NCBI GenBank assembly: GCA_965262555.1
Contig: OZ253543.1
Span: forward strand, 1,546,970-1,610,969
Length of the DNA: 64,000 nucleotides
Direction: 5' to 3'
Origin: Vicinamibacterales bacterium
GTDB lineage: Bacteria; Acidobacteriota; Vicinamibacteria; Vicinamibacterales; UBA8438
How positions within the stretch are numbered: the first letter of the stretch is position 1; the number at the start of each line of letters is the position of its first letter. The notes beneath the pieces were generated by a model that was not told the origin of the DNA, ran no database searches, and worked only from the letters and a program-made list of their open reading frames with translations. Shown piece by piece: positions 20,487 through 30,900 of the stretch. Position numbers and translations under genes: made by a program.

Positions 20487-21550
20487 GTGCGTGGCGCGCC
20501 GGCGTCCGGGTGCCGGCGGAATGGAAGCCGCACGAGGCCACCTGGCTCGTCTGGCCGCACAACCGCGACGACTGGCGGGTGAAGACCGCCGCGGTCGAGT
20601 GGTGCTACGCCGACATGATCCGCCACCTGGTGCCGGGCGAGCGCGTCGCGCTCGTCTGTCAGGATGCACGCGTCCGGCGGCGCGCGTTCGACCGCCTGGC
20701 GCGGAGCGGCGTCGACACCGCGCGCGTCGACACGCACCTCGTTCCGACGAACCGGTCGTGGATCCGCGACAGCGGCCCGATCTTCGTCGTGCGCGACCAC
20801 GGCGCGCGGCGAACGGTCGTGGCGACCGACTGGCGGTTCACCGGCTGGTCCCGGTACCGCGCGCATCAACTGGACGACGCGCTGCCGTGTGCCATCGCGC
20901 ACCGCCTGGGGATGGAGCGGATCGAGGTGTGCGAGGGGGGAGCGCGCGTCGTGCTCGAGGGGGGCAGCATCGACGTCAACGGAGAGGGGCTGCTGCTGAC
21001 CACCGAGAGTTGCCTGCTCGGGAGCGTGCAGCCGCGCAATCCGGGATTGTCGCGCGAGACGATCGAGCGAGTGCTCGGCCGGACGCTCGGCGTCACACAG
21101 GTCCTCTGGCTGCCGGGCGGCGTCGGCGACACGACGCTGGCGGGGGACGACACGCATGGGCATGTCGACAACCTCGCGCGCTTCGTCGGACCGTCGACCG
21201 TCGTGGTGGCGGTGGCGCCGAAACGCGATCCGCGGCATGCTGGCCTCAACGCGAACGTGACGGCGCTCGAACGGATGCGCGACGCGCGCGGCCGACCGTT
21301 CGAGGTGGTGGCGTTGCCGATGCCGCGGGCGCGCGTCTTCGAGCAGGAGCCGCTGCCGGCGAGCTATCTCAACTTCTACGTCGCCAACGACGTCGTGCTC
21401 GTGCCGACGTTCAACGATCCGGCTGACCGGGAGGCGCTTGGGGTGCTCGCGCGCTGCTTTCCGGCGCGGGAGGTGGTGGGGATCCATGCGGTCGACCTGG
21501 TGGTCGGCTTGGGTGGCATCCACTGCCTGACGCAGCAGCAGCCGCGCTGA
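20483..21550 (+). CDS. aguA: Agmatine deiminase (Porphyromonas-type peptidyl-arginine deiminase family)
   Basis: 355 aa starting at ATG 20483 (MSAWRAGVRVPAEWKPHEATWLVWPHN...) with the C-terminal catalytic GGIHCLTQQQP. Track ORF 19640..21550 is an out-of-frame upstream extension. Confidence 0.88.
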   Translation: MSAWRAGVRVPAEWKPHEATWLVWPHNRDDWRVKTAAVEWCYADMIRHLVPGERVALVCQDARVRRRAFDRLARSGVDTARVDTHLVPTNRSWIRDSGPIFVVRDHGARRTVVATDWRFTGWSRYRAHQLDDALPCAIAHRLGMERIEVCEGGARVVLEGGSIDVNGEGLLLTTESCLLGSVQPRNPGLSRETIERVLGRTLGVTQVLWLPGGVGDTTLAGDDTHGHVDNLARFVGPSTVVVAVAPKRDPRHAGLNANVTALERMRDARGRPFEVVALPMPRARVFEQEPLPASYLNFYVANDVVLVPTFNDPADREALGVLARCFPAREVVGIHAVDLVVGLGGIHCLTQQQPR

Positions 21551-22663
21551 TCAGCCTGCGGCCGCCGCTTCGCCGTCGAAGCGGTCCACCGGGACCGGCT
21601 GGCCGTCCACCACGAGGGCGCGGGCCGACAGGTCGAATGTGGGGGGGCGGCGGGCGTCGAGGCGGTCACTCGCCGACGCGGTCAGCGCCGTCGCCAGAAT
21701 TGGCAGGGCGATCGTCGCATCGACCGAGACCGTCACGCGATCCGCGTTGCCCGCCAGCTTTCCCCAGCTTTCCGCCTCGTCGAGCGTCGATCCGCTCGCG
21801 CCGCCGAAGTGGGGAACGTCGGTCACCACCTGCAGTGCGTAGCGATGGCCCTCGATGCCGTCGCGGAAGAACGCCGCCTGCACCGACGCCTGGTTGATGA
21901 AGTTCTTGGGCGTGCCGCCGCCCAGGACGACCGACGCGGTCCGCGGCCGGCGAATCACCAGGTTCGCCGATTCGATGATGTCACCGATAACGTCCACCTG
22001 TCCGATGGCGGCGCCGCCTGTGCCGTCATGCCGTGCCTGCGACAGCCCCATGCCGAGCGACGAATCCGCGATGGCAGGGCAGAAGATCGGCACGTGCATC
22101 TGGTACGCCGCGGTCAGGATCCCGTCCGCCTCCGTTTCGTTCCAGAGGTGCTCGCCCAGCCGGTACAGGAATTCACGGGTGGTATGCGGCCGCTCCTCGA
22201 GCGTCGCGGCGAACTGCGCGATCCAGATGTCGTTCCGAATGAACTCGTCTTCGTCGACGAACGTGTCGTAGACCCGATCGATGTGGGCATCGGCGAGGGC
22301 ACGGTCGTCGGCGCGGGGCGATCCGAGAAAATGCCGGTGCCCGCGAGTCTCGTGCAGGTCGTGGTACAGGTTGGCGCCGGTCGACACCACGCAGTCGACC
22401 GCGCGCCGGCGGATCAACTCCGCGATGATCAAGCGGAGCCCTCCCGCGCTCAACGCGCCGGCGACCCCGAGGAAGATCAGCAGGTCGTCGTCCAGCATCC
22501 GCTGCCACACTCGGTGGGCGGCGGCGAGGTTCCGCCCCTGGAACGAGATGCGCTCCATCCGGCGGAGCACCTCGTCGACCGGCGCCCCCGGCTCGATGCG
22601 GAAGGGTTCGACGGGTGTCTCGAGGAAGCGGGACTTGTCGGGCTTGCGGGGACGCTCGGACAT
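21551..22663 (-). CDS. Deoxyhypusine synthase-like protein (DHS / homospermidine-synthase-like)
   Basis: 370 aa. The GVAGALSAGGLR...VDCVVSTGANLYHDLHE and ...VVLGGGTPKNF blocks are characteristic of the DHS family. Confidence 0.85.
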   Translation of the reverse strand: MSERPRKPDKSRFLETPVEPFRIEPGAPVDEVLRRMERISFQGRNLAAAHRVWQRMLDDDLLIFLGVAGALSAGGLRLIIAELIRRRAVDCVVSTGANLYHDLHETRGHRHFLGSPRADDRALADAHIDRVYDTFVDEDEFIRNDIWIAQFAATLEERPHTTREFLYRLGEHLWNETEADGILTAAYQMHVPIFCPAIADSSLGMGLSQARHDGTGGAAIGQVDVIGDIIESANLVIRRPRTASVVLGGGTPKNFINQASVQAAFFRDGIEGHRYALQVVTDVPHFGGASGSTLDEAESWGKLAGNADRVTVSVDATIALPILATALTASASDRLDARRPPTFDLSARALVVDGQPVPVDRFDGEAAAAG

Positions 22664-22702
22664 GGCAGTCGGGGACCAGCGCGCGGATGCGCCGGTCGTT
22701 GG

Positions 22703-25411
22703 TCACTCCTCCGATGTGTAGTCGTCCGTCTCGAGCAACCGCTGCAGGTCGGCCAGCAGCGTGTGCGCATCGCGCGGCGTCGTGTGGTCCAGGTCGAGCG
22801 CCCGGATCCGTTCCGCTACGTCCCCCTCGGCGGAGGGCGGCGCCGGCTGCTCGAACAGCCCGAGTTGCGGGTGTGTGCGGTCGTTCGCGATCGGCGCGCC
22901 GGCGAAGGACGGCCGGCCGCCGCGGGACAGCTCGTCCCGCTCCAGTCCCGCGAGGATCTGTCGAGCCCGCGCGACCGTGCGGGGCGCGAGCCCCGCGAGG
23001 CGCGCAACATGGATGCCGTAGCTTCGGTCGGACCGTCCCGGCTCCACCTTCCGGAGGAAGACGATGTCGTCCTTCCACTCGCGCGCGGCAACATGGTAGT
23101 TGACGGCTCCGGCGTGCGTGTCGGCCAGGTCGGTCAGCTCGTGGTAGTGCGTCGCGAACAACGTGCGCGGGCGGGCGCGTGGGTTGCTCACCAGGTGCTC
23201 GGCCACCGCCCACGCGATGCTCAGTCCGTCGAACGTCGCCGTGCCGCGACCGATCTCGTCCAGCAGCACCAGGCTGGCGGACGTCGCCTGGTGGAGGATT
23301 TTCGCCGTCTCCTCCATCTCGATCATGAACGTTGAGCGCCCGCGCGCAATGTTGTCGGAGGCGCCGATGCGCGCGAAGATTCGGTCGGTCACCGGCAGCG
23401 ACGCTGCCCGCGCCGGGACGAACGAGCCCGCCTGCGCCATCAGGACGGTCAGCGCCGTCTGGCGCAGGTAGGTGGACTTGCCTCCCATGTTCGGGCCGGT
23501 CAGCAGCACGAGCTGGTGGTCGCTGTCGTTCAACCGGACGTCGTTCGGGACGAAGCCGTTGACGGTCCGCTCCACTACCGGGTGGCGGCCGTCGGTGATG
23601 GTCAGGTCGCCGGTGCCAGTGACCGCAGGTTTCACGTAGTCGCGGCGGGTGGCGGTCTCGGCGAACGTGGCGAGCACATCGAACGCGGCCAGCGCGCGCG
23701 CCGTCCGCTGCACCCGTTCCGCCTCGGCCAGCACAGCGAGGCGGAGCACCTCGACCAGCGCCTGCTCGCGTTCCAGGATCCGCTCGTCGGCGGTGAGCGC
23801 CTTCTGTTCGTACGTCTTGAGCGCCGGCGTAATGAATCGCTCGCCGGTGGCGACCGTCTGCTTCCGGTGGTAGTCGTCCGGCACGGCGTGCAGGTTCGCC
23901 TTCGACACCTCGATGTAATAGCCAAAGACCCTGTTGAAGCGAACCTTCAGGGTGCCGATGCCGGTCCGCTGCCGCTCCGACGCCTCGATCTCGGCAATCG
24001 CCTGCTTCGCGTTGCCGCTGATGCCGCGGAGCTCGTCCAGCTCGGCGTCGACGCCGTCGCGGATCGCGCCGCCATCGCGGGCGAACGCGGGTGGATTGTC
24101 GGTGAGCGTCGACAGGATCCGATCGCGGACGTCCGCCAGGTCATCCAACTCGCCGGTCAACGCCAGGGCGAGCGGCGCGCGCAACTCGCTCACGAGCGGC
24201 CGCAGATCCGGAATCGCCGTCACGGAGCAGCCGAGCGCCAGCAGGTCTCGCGGTCCGGCGGTGCCGAGCGCAACGCGCGCAATCAACCGTTCGAGATCCT
24301 GCACGTGCCCGAGCACCGTCCGGATGCGTGTGCGGCGTGTCGTCCCGGCGGCGAGTTCCTCCACCGCATCGTGGCGGTCACGGATTGGATCGCATGCGGC
24401 GAGCGGGCGCTGGAGCCAGGCGCGGAGCAGGCGGCCACCCATCGCGGTGGTGGTCGCATCCAGTTCGGAGACGAGCGATCCGGCGCGACCACCCTCGGCC
24501 CCTTCGAGAATCTCCAGATGCTCGAACGTCGCGGCGTCCAACAGCAGATAGTCCGCCTCGGGACGGAATTCCAGCGACGCGACGTGTGCCAGGTCCGCCT
24601 TCTGCGTATCGCGCAGGTACCGGACCAGCGCGCCCGCGGCGCGAATGGCGGGAGCATGCTGATCGGCGGCAAGGCCGAAACCATCGAGCGACGCGGTCCC
24701 GAGCTGCTCCGTCAGGGCGCGCGTCGCATGGTCCAGCTCGAACGTCCAGGGGGCGGCGCCGGTGATGCGAACGCCCCGGTCGAGCCCCGGCAGTGAGGGC
24801 GCGGCGCCATTTCCGGAGGGCAGCAGCAGTTCGCGCGGCCGGAGGGCCGCCAGCTCATCCGCCACCGCCGCCGGGGCATCCGCGCCGGCATGCTGCGTCA
24901 CCCGGAACTCACCGGTGGAGAGATCCGCGGTCGCGACGCCGTAGGCCGGTGTCGCAGGCGATCCCTGGCCCTCGTCCGCCGGCGCGATCGCCACGAGAAA
25001 GGCTGCCTCGTGGGAGTCGAGGTACCCGGTGTCGGTCAGGGTGCCGGGCGACACCACGCGCACCACCTCCCGGCGGATCAGGCCCTTCGCCCTCTTTGGA
25101 TCCTCCATCTGCTCGCAGATAGCGACGCGGTAGCCCTTCCTGACGAGCCGCACCAGATAGCTGTCGATGGCATGGTGCGGGACGCCACACATCGGGATCT
25201 CGCCCCCCGCGGCATCCTTCGAGCGGGACGTGAGGGTTAGATCCAGCTCGCGCGCAGCGGTCACGGCGTCGTCGAAGAAGAGCTCGTAGAAGTCCCCCAT
25301 CCGGAAGAGCACCAGTGCATCGGGATACTGCGCCTTGGCGTCGAGGTACTGACGCATGGCGGGGGTGGCGGTCCGGCGCGCGTCCGCCAGCGTCTGCGGT
25401 GAGGGCGTCAT
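22703..25411 (-). CDS. mutS: DNA mismatch repair protein MutS
   Basis: TPAMRQYLDAKAQYPDALVLFRMGDFYELFFDDA N-terminal block and Walker A TGPNMGGKST. The start is at ATG 25411 (or 25429). The track ORF runs on to 26206 antisense to tsaB. Confidence 0.95.
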   Translation of the reverse strand: MTPSPQTLADARRTATPAMRQYLDAKAQYPDALVLFRMGDFYELFFDDAVTAARELDLTLTSRSKDAAGGEIPMCGVPHHAIDSYLVRLVRKGYRVAICEQMEDPKRAKGLIRREVVRVVSPGTLTDTGYLDSHEAAFLVAIAPADEGQGSPATPAYGVATADLSTGEFRVTQHAGADAPAAVADELAALRPRELLLPSGNGAAPSLPGLDRGVRITGAAPWTFELDHATRALTEQLGTASLDGFGLAADQHAPAIRAAGALVRYLRDTQKADLAHVASLEFRPEADYLLLDAATFEHLEILEGAEGGRAGSLVSELDATTTAMGGRLLRAWLQRPLAACDPIRDRHDAVEELAAGTTRRTRIRTVLGHVQDLERLIARVALGTAGPRDLLALGCSVTAIPDLRPLVSELRAPLALALTGELDDLADVRDRILSTLTDNPPAFARDGGAIRDGVDAELDELRGISGNAKQAIAEIEASERQRTGIGTLKVRFNRVFGYYIEVSKANLHAVPDDYHRKQTVATGERFITPALKTYEQKALTADERILEREQALVEVLRLAVLAEAERVQRTARALAAFDVLATFAETATRRDYVKPAVTGTGDLTITDGRHPVVERTVNGFVPNDVRLNDSDHQLVLLTGPNMGGKSTYLRQTALTVLMAQAGSFVPARAASLPVTDRIFARIGASDNIARGRSTFMIEMEETAKILHQATSASLVLLDEIGRGTATFDGLSIAWAVAEHLVSNPRARPRTLFATHYHELTDLADTHAGAVNYHVAAREWKDDIVFLRKVEPGRSDRSYGIHVARLAGLAPRTVARARQILAGLERDELSRGGRPSFAGAPIANDRTHPQLGLFEQPAPPSAEGDVAERIRALDLDHTTPRDAHTLLADLQRLLETDDYTSEE

Positions 25412-25450
25412 CGTGTCCGATGGTAGCATCGCCACCGCGGACAACCGACG

Positions 25451-26170
25451 ATGTGGATTCTGGCGGTCGATACCAGCACGCGCGGCGGCAGTGCAGCGAT
25501 TGCGCGTCACGGCGAGGTCGTGGCGTCGCTCGAGGGCGATCCGGAGCGAACGCATGGCGAGCGTCTGCCGAACGATCTGGTCGAGCTGGCGAAGGAGGCG
25601 GGTGTCGCGCTGGCCGATATCGAGAGCTACGCCGTCGCGATCGGTCCCGGATCGTTCACCAGCCTGCGGATTGGCATCGCCACCGTGCAGGCGTTGGCGC
25701 TGGTCAGGGGCCGTCGCGTGGTGTCGCTGTCGACACTCGACATCCTCGCGCGCGTCGCCGCCGGACTGCGGCCGAATGCGGACGCGCCGGACGCACGGCG
25801 CATCCTTGCCTGGATGGACGGTCAGCGCCGGGAGATCTTCGGCGGCGTCTACAGTGCCGACGGGCAGATGGCATTCGACGAACCGCGTGTCGGACCGGCG
25901 GAGTTTCTGCTCGACGGCTGGGCCGAAGCGCTCGCGGACCGTCCGGTCACCGTGATCGGCGACGGCATTCGATTCACGCGCGAGCTGCTCACCGCCCGTC
26001 TCGGTGCGCGTGCGACGCTGACCGACGCGCCCCCGCTCGCACCGGCGATGATCCGACTGGCGGTCGAACGGCAGGATCGCGCCGTCGAGCCGCACGCCAT
26101 CCAGCCACTCTATGTCCGCCGCCCCCATGCGGTGCTGGCGCGCACACGTCCGAGCGCCCACTCCGGTTGA
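25451..26170 (+). CDS. tsaB: tRNA t6A37 biosynthesis protein TsaB (YeaZ)
   Basis: 239 aa: MWILAVDTSTRGGSAAI...YAVAIGPGSFTSLRIGIATVQALAL. Confidence 0.88.
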   Translation: MWILAVDTSTRGGSAAIARHGEVVASLEGDPERTHGERLPNDLVELAKEAGVALADIESYAVAIGPGSFTSLRIGIATVQALALVRGRRVVSLSTLDILARVAAGLRPNADAPDARRILAWMDGQRREIFGGVYSADGQMAFDEPRVGPAEFLLDGWAEALADRPVTVIGDGIRFTRELLTARLGARATLTDAPPLAPAMIRLAVERQDRAVEPHAIQPLYVRRPHAVLARTRPSAHSG

Positions 26171-26256
26171 AACGGTCCAAATCGTGTGATAGGTTGCCGG
26201 GCGCATGTATAGTCGTCGGTTGGTTCCACCTCGGGGGTTTCCGGACAGGAGGCGCC

Positions 26257-26472
26257 ATGACGCGAGAGCAGCACGCCCGTGAAATGCTGCTGCAGGAGGA
26301 CGACGAGTACCGTCGTCTGGCCGAGCAGCACCAGGAACTTGAATCCCGCCTTGATGAGCTGCTCGGCAACCGGTACCCCTCAGGCGCCGACGACCTCGAA
26401 CGAATCACCCTCAAGAAACAGAAACTGCAGGTGAAGGATCGCATGGAGTGGATCCTCCGCCGCCATCTGTGA
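26257..26472 (+). CDS. DUF465 (YdcH-like) small coiled-coil protein
   Basis: 71 aa, with AGGAGG 5 nt upstream of the ATG. ...EYRRLAEQHQELESRLDEL...LERITLKKQKLQVKDRM is typical of DUF465. Confidence 0.7.
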   Translation: MTREQHAREMLLQEDDEYRRLAEQHQELESRLDELLGNRYPSGADDLERITLKKQKLQVKDRMEWILRRHL

Positions 26473-27122
26473 CAATCGACCGAGCCGGCGTTCCATTCAT
26501 CGCGGCCCCGGCCGCCGTCGGCGGGGCGCTCTGGCTTGCTGGCCTGCTTCCGGCGGGCGCGGCGCTGCTGGTGCTCTCCGCGGCGATCGCGCTGTTCTTT
26601 CGAGACCCGGACCGGTCCGTCCCGGCCGGCGTGGGACCGGACGCGGTCCTCGCGCCGGCAGACGGGCGGGTGCTGCATGCCGGCGACCCGGAGCCGGATG
26701 TGGCGCCGGCCGGGGAGTGGCGGCAGGTGAGCATCTTCCTGTCGCTGTTCGATGTCCATGTGAACCGAGTGCCGATCGGCGGGCGGGTCGTCTCGGTGAC
26801 GCACCGCCGCGGGCGGTACCTGCCGGCGTTCGACCGGCGCGCCGCCGACCGGAACGAGCGGACCGAGGTGCGGGTCGACCATGACGGCCAGCCGGTCGTC
26901 TTCCGGCAGGTCGTGGGAGTGCTCGCGCGCCGCGTCGTCTGTCGGATCGAGCCGGGCATGGAGCTTGCACAGGGGGCTCGGTTCGGTATCATGAAGTTCG
27001 GGTCGCGCATGGATGTCTTTGTCCCCAGCTCGGCGACGCTGGCGGTGGCTGCCGGGGAAGCGGTGCGCGGCGGCGAGACGGTACTGGCGCGCCTCACAGG
27101 TGACGTGGGTCTACAGCCATGA
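26469..27122 (+). CDS. psd: Phosphatidylserine decarboxylase (short, Asd/PSD type II form)
   Basis: It has FLSLFDVHVNRVPIGGRV and the self-cleavage region GIMKFGSRMD. I favour GTG 26469 (GTGA overlap with the DUF465 stop); the track start is 26448. Confidence 0.85.
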   Translation: MTIDRAGVPFIAAPAAVGGALWLAGLLPAGAALLVLSAAIALFFRDPDRSVPAGVGPDAVLAPADGRVLHAGDPEPDVAPAGEWRQVSIFLSLFDVHVNRVPIGGRVVSVTHRRGRYLPAFDRRAADRNERTEVRVDHDGQPVVFRQVVGVLARRVVCRIEPGMELAQGARFGIMKFGSRMDVFVPSSATLAVAAGEAVRGGETVLARLTGDVGLQP

Positions 27123-27931
27123 GTCCGGTCCTGGCGATGTTCCGGCGGCGGCAGCCACGCCAGCCGCGGCGAGGCGCGTACCTGCTGCCAAGTCTCTTCA
27201 CGGTCGGCAACATGTTCTGCGGCTGGGGTTGCATTGTCTACGCGATGCGAGGCGACTATGCCATTGCCGCACCCTTCATCGGCGTCGCGATGGTGCTCGA
27301 TCTCCTCGACGGCCGGATCGCGCGCGCCACCGGGTCGACCAGCGAGTTCGGCGTGCAACTCGATTCGCTCGCGGACGTCATCTCGTTCGGCATCGCGCCG
27401 GCAACACTCGTCTTCGCCTGGGGTCTCGAGCCGCTCGGCCGCCTCGGCTGGGCGGTGGCGTTCCTCTGGTTGACCGCCACCGCGGTGCGCCTCGCCCGGT
27501 TCAACCTTCAGGCGCCGGAGGGTGACAAGCGGTATTTCGTCGGCCTTCCGAGCCCGGCGGCGGCAAGCATTCCGGCAGCGACCGTTTTTGCCTGGCCGGT
27601 CGGCTTCACCGAGCCGGTGACGGCGTTCGTTGCGCTGCCGGTTCTCCTGTTCCCCTCGGTACTGATGGTGAGCCGTCTCCGGTTCCGGAGCGTCGGATCG
27701 CTCATGCCTGGCCGGCGGCGCTCGTATCTCACACCGCTCGTCATCGCCGCGATCATCGCCGCAATTGCCGCGCAGCCTGAAGTGGTGCTGCTCGTAATGG
27801 CCTACGGCTACCTCGCCGGCTGCCTCATCGCCGTGGCCTGGAGCCGCGGGCGGCGCCCGCAGCGCGACACCGCGGCGTCAGACGTGCCGCAGCAACAGGA
27901 TCCTCCGCATAGCCGGAGCGCGGCGCCCTGA
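27119..27931 (+). CDS. pssA: CDP-diacylglycerol--serine O-phosphatidyltransferase
   Basis: CDP-alcohol phosphatidyltransferase motif DGRIARATGSTSEFGVQLDSLADVISFG. ATGA overlap with psd. Confidence 0.9.
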   Translation: MSPVLAMFRRRQPRQPRRGAYLLPSLFTVGNMFCGWGCIVYAMRGDYAIAAPFIGVAMVLDLLDGRIARATGSTSEFGVQLDSLADVISFGIAPATLVFAWGLEPLGRLGWAVAFLWLTATAVRLARFNLQAPEGDKRYFVGLPSPAAASIPAATVFAWPVGFTEPVTAFVALPVLLFPSVLMVSRLRFRSVGSLMPGRRRSYLTPLVIAAIIAAIAAQPEVVLLVMAYGYLAGCLIAVAWSRGRRPQRDTAASDVPQQQDPPHSRSAAP

Positions 27932-27959
27932 CGTCGGCGGGGCGCGGCGACGCGCGCGT

Positions 27960-27973
27960 CCACGCCGGCGTGG
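27960..27973. terminator. 14-bp perfect GC-rich palindrome between the convergent pssA and kinase genes (bidirectional terminator candidate, no U-tract)
   Basis: CCACGCC|GGCGTGG at 27960-27973. Confidence 0.3.
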
Positions 27974-27978
27974 CGCTC

Positions 27979-30900
27979 TCATGCCGATGTGGACGCCGCC
28001 GCACGAGGGAAGCGGAGCGTCACGGTGGTCCCGGCGCCCTTGGCGCTGGCAACCGCAATGGTGCCGCCGTTCAGCTCGACGTTCCGCTTGGCAATCGCCA
28101 TACCCAAGCCAGTGCCCGACGTGCGGGTGGAGAAGTAGGGCTCGAAGACGCGGGCGAGCGTCGCCTCGTCAAGGCCGACGCCAGAATCGCGCACCGTCAG
28201 ATCGACCGCGTCGTCGCGCGCCGTTGCCGCGATCGTGAGCGTTCCGTCGTCCGCCATGGCGTGTAACGCGTTCTCGATGATGTTGGTGAGCGCCCTCGCG
28301 ATCAGCGATCGGTCAATCGACAGGAGCGGCAGCCTGGGCGGCACGTCGATGACCAGGCGGATCCGATCGCGCAGGCCTACCCGGTACGGCTCGAGCACGC
28401 CCGTCACCAGGTCGGCGAGGGCGGTCGGCTCCGGCGCGACGGATGGCGAGATGGCGTAACTGGAGAACTCCGATGCGATCTGCCGCAGAATCCGGACTTG
28501 TTTGAGGATCGCATCGATGCACTCGCCCACAACCGGGCCCAACGGCTCGCCCCGGTCGCGGTGAACCCGCTGGAGATGTTCCGCGGAGAGCTGCACCGGT
28601 GTGAGCGGGTTCTTGATATCGTGCGCCACTTGGCGCGCCATCTCGGCCCATGCCTCCAGGCGGTTGGTCCGCTCCAGCCGGCGGCGCTGTTCCGCCAACT
28701 CCTGGGCCATCTGGTTGAACGATCCGACGAGGCGGGCCAGTTCGTCCGCCGATCGGGTGGCGACCCGGGCATCGAAGTCGCCTCGGGCGATCCGCCGCGT
28801 CGCCCGGGTCAGCCGCTGCACCGGATCGGCAATCCGTTCGGCGATGTAGAACCCGCTTCCGGCGCCGAGCAGGATCAGCAGCGTCACGCCCAGGAGGAGG
28901 CCCCGGTCGAGGTTGGTGATCTGCCGCTCGATCTCGCGCTGCTGTGAGGCGAGCGGAATGGTGAGAATGGCGTCCGGGCCGACCGAACGGATCGGCGCGG
29001 CGGCCACCAGATAGGCCTGCGGCCCGATCCGATCCTCGGCCACGAAGCTGGGCGCACCGGCCAGCGCAATGGTGCTGTAGACAGCTGAGGGGGTGCGGGT
29101 GGGCAGGAGGCCGGACGCGAACAGGTCGCGCTCACTCGTCGCGACGAGCTGGGCGCCGCCATAGATGTGCACATCCTGATCGAGAATCTGGCTGACGAAG
29201 ACCAACAGGTCGTCGGTCACGACGGATCCCGCATCACTGCCCGCCTGTTCCAGTTCATCGATGACGCGCTGCGCCGTGATCGCCGTCTGCGCCGCCCCCG
29301 CCTGGATGTCTGCCCGGAGCTGCGCCGTGGAGTAGTTTCGGATGATCACCGCCAGCACCAGTACCGGCGCGACCGCGATGACGACAAACGCCAGGAATAG
29401 TCGGCGGTAGAAACTCACCCGCAGTTCCCGCGTCAGCTCGCGACCGACGCGGTACCGTTCGCTCGTGAACGGCTCGACCAGGGTCAATAGGATCAGCCAC
29501 GCGACGAACGCGGTTCCCATGATCGCGACCAGCTCCGCCAGCCGGGCCGCGTGGTCGAACCAGGTCAAACGCCGTTGGCCGACGGCGTAGATGCCGCTCC
29601 GGTTGTTCGAGATGTAGACGTCCGAGACGAGTCCGCCGGCGCGTAGCGTCGTCCAGAACGGATCGCGCGAGGCGTAGATCTGATTGAACAGCGTTTCGTC
29701 GATCGTCCAGGCGCCGGCCCCTGACGTGAAGATCGTCGAGCGGCCCCAGCCGTAGATCGCGAGGGAAATGTCGCTGTCGAGGCGGATCGGCGCCACTGAC
29801 TGTGTTGATGGTGGGCGGATCAGCTCGTCGTAGGGGCTGTCGGCCGGGATGAACGGGAGCGACTCGTAGTCGAGGGGGACATGCACGATCACCGAGCCCA
29901 ACAGCCGGTGACCGGCCACCTCGATCCCGCCGCCCCCCGCGGGGCCGCACATCGCGCGCTCGGCATGCAGCAGCCGGCGCTCCTGCGACCCGAAGGGGGA
30001 GACCTCGCCGTACACCGTCCAGGCGCACTCGGTCGGCTGAAACGACTGCGCGGCCGCCGAGTACTCCGGGAAGTCGAGCGCGAACCGGCTGGCGAGCGCA
30101 CCGTTGGCGTCGTACAGCTCGATCGCCGACGAAAGACGCTGATCCGCCAGGTCAGTCTGCCGCCAAAGGGCGAAGGCCTCGTCCGGCGTCGGGCCGCCCG
30201 CCGCCGCCTCGGAGACCGGTGCGGGCATCCGGGCGAGATAGGCGTCGATGTCGTCGCGCGTTCGGGACAGCGATGCGAGGAGCGATTGCGCGTGACTGAC
30301 GGTCGCGGGAGCAAACTCCGCTTCGATGGAGGTACGGCGGGCGACGTCGCGATGATGCGCCATCAAGGGATAGGCCAGGATGGCTGGCAGCACCAGGCAG
30401 GCCAGCAGCAGCGTCAGGCGGCCCGATTCGGAGCCATGCCGCAGGCGGGGCCGCACCTGCGGGGAGAGCAGACTGATGCCGATGGTTGCGCCCACCACCG
30501 ACAGGTACGGCCCGGTCGGCACCGATGTGGCGATGAGGATGGCGACCGACGGCAGCACCCAGGCGGTGAGCGCGGCGGTGCCGAGTCGGTGACGGCGACG
30601 GTTCCAGCGAGCGTCAGCCAGCAGTAGCGGCTGCGCGCCGATCCAGATCGACGACGATGCGCCAACGAGCAGCCCGAGCAGCCCGGCCAGCCGCGTGGGA
30701 TCCCAGGGGTTGATCGACGCGTCGAGCAGGCTGACGAGCGATCGGGCGCTGCTGCCGCTCATGACGGCTTCACAGCCGCCGAGCCAGATCGCCGTTGCGC
30801 CACCGGCGGCCAGATGTCCGACGAGCATCGCCGCTCGCGACGAGCGGGGCCGCGTCCGCCACGTAAAGCGTGCGCCGTCGACAAACCGCACCGTCGTGAC

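Noticed and set aside
19640-21550. 636-aa ORF spanning aguB and aguA.
   Set aside because: The first ~280 codons are an alternate frame of aguB with Arg/Gly-rich nonsense. Agmatine deiminase similarity begins at ATG 20483, which overlaps the aguB stop.
25412-26206. N-terminal ~260-aa extension of the mutS ORF.
   Set aside because: It is antisense to a clear tsaB gene. MutS similarity starts at MTPSPQTLADARRTATPAMRQYL (ATG 25411).
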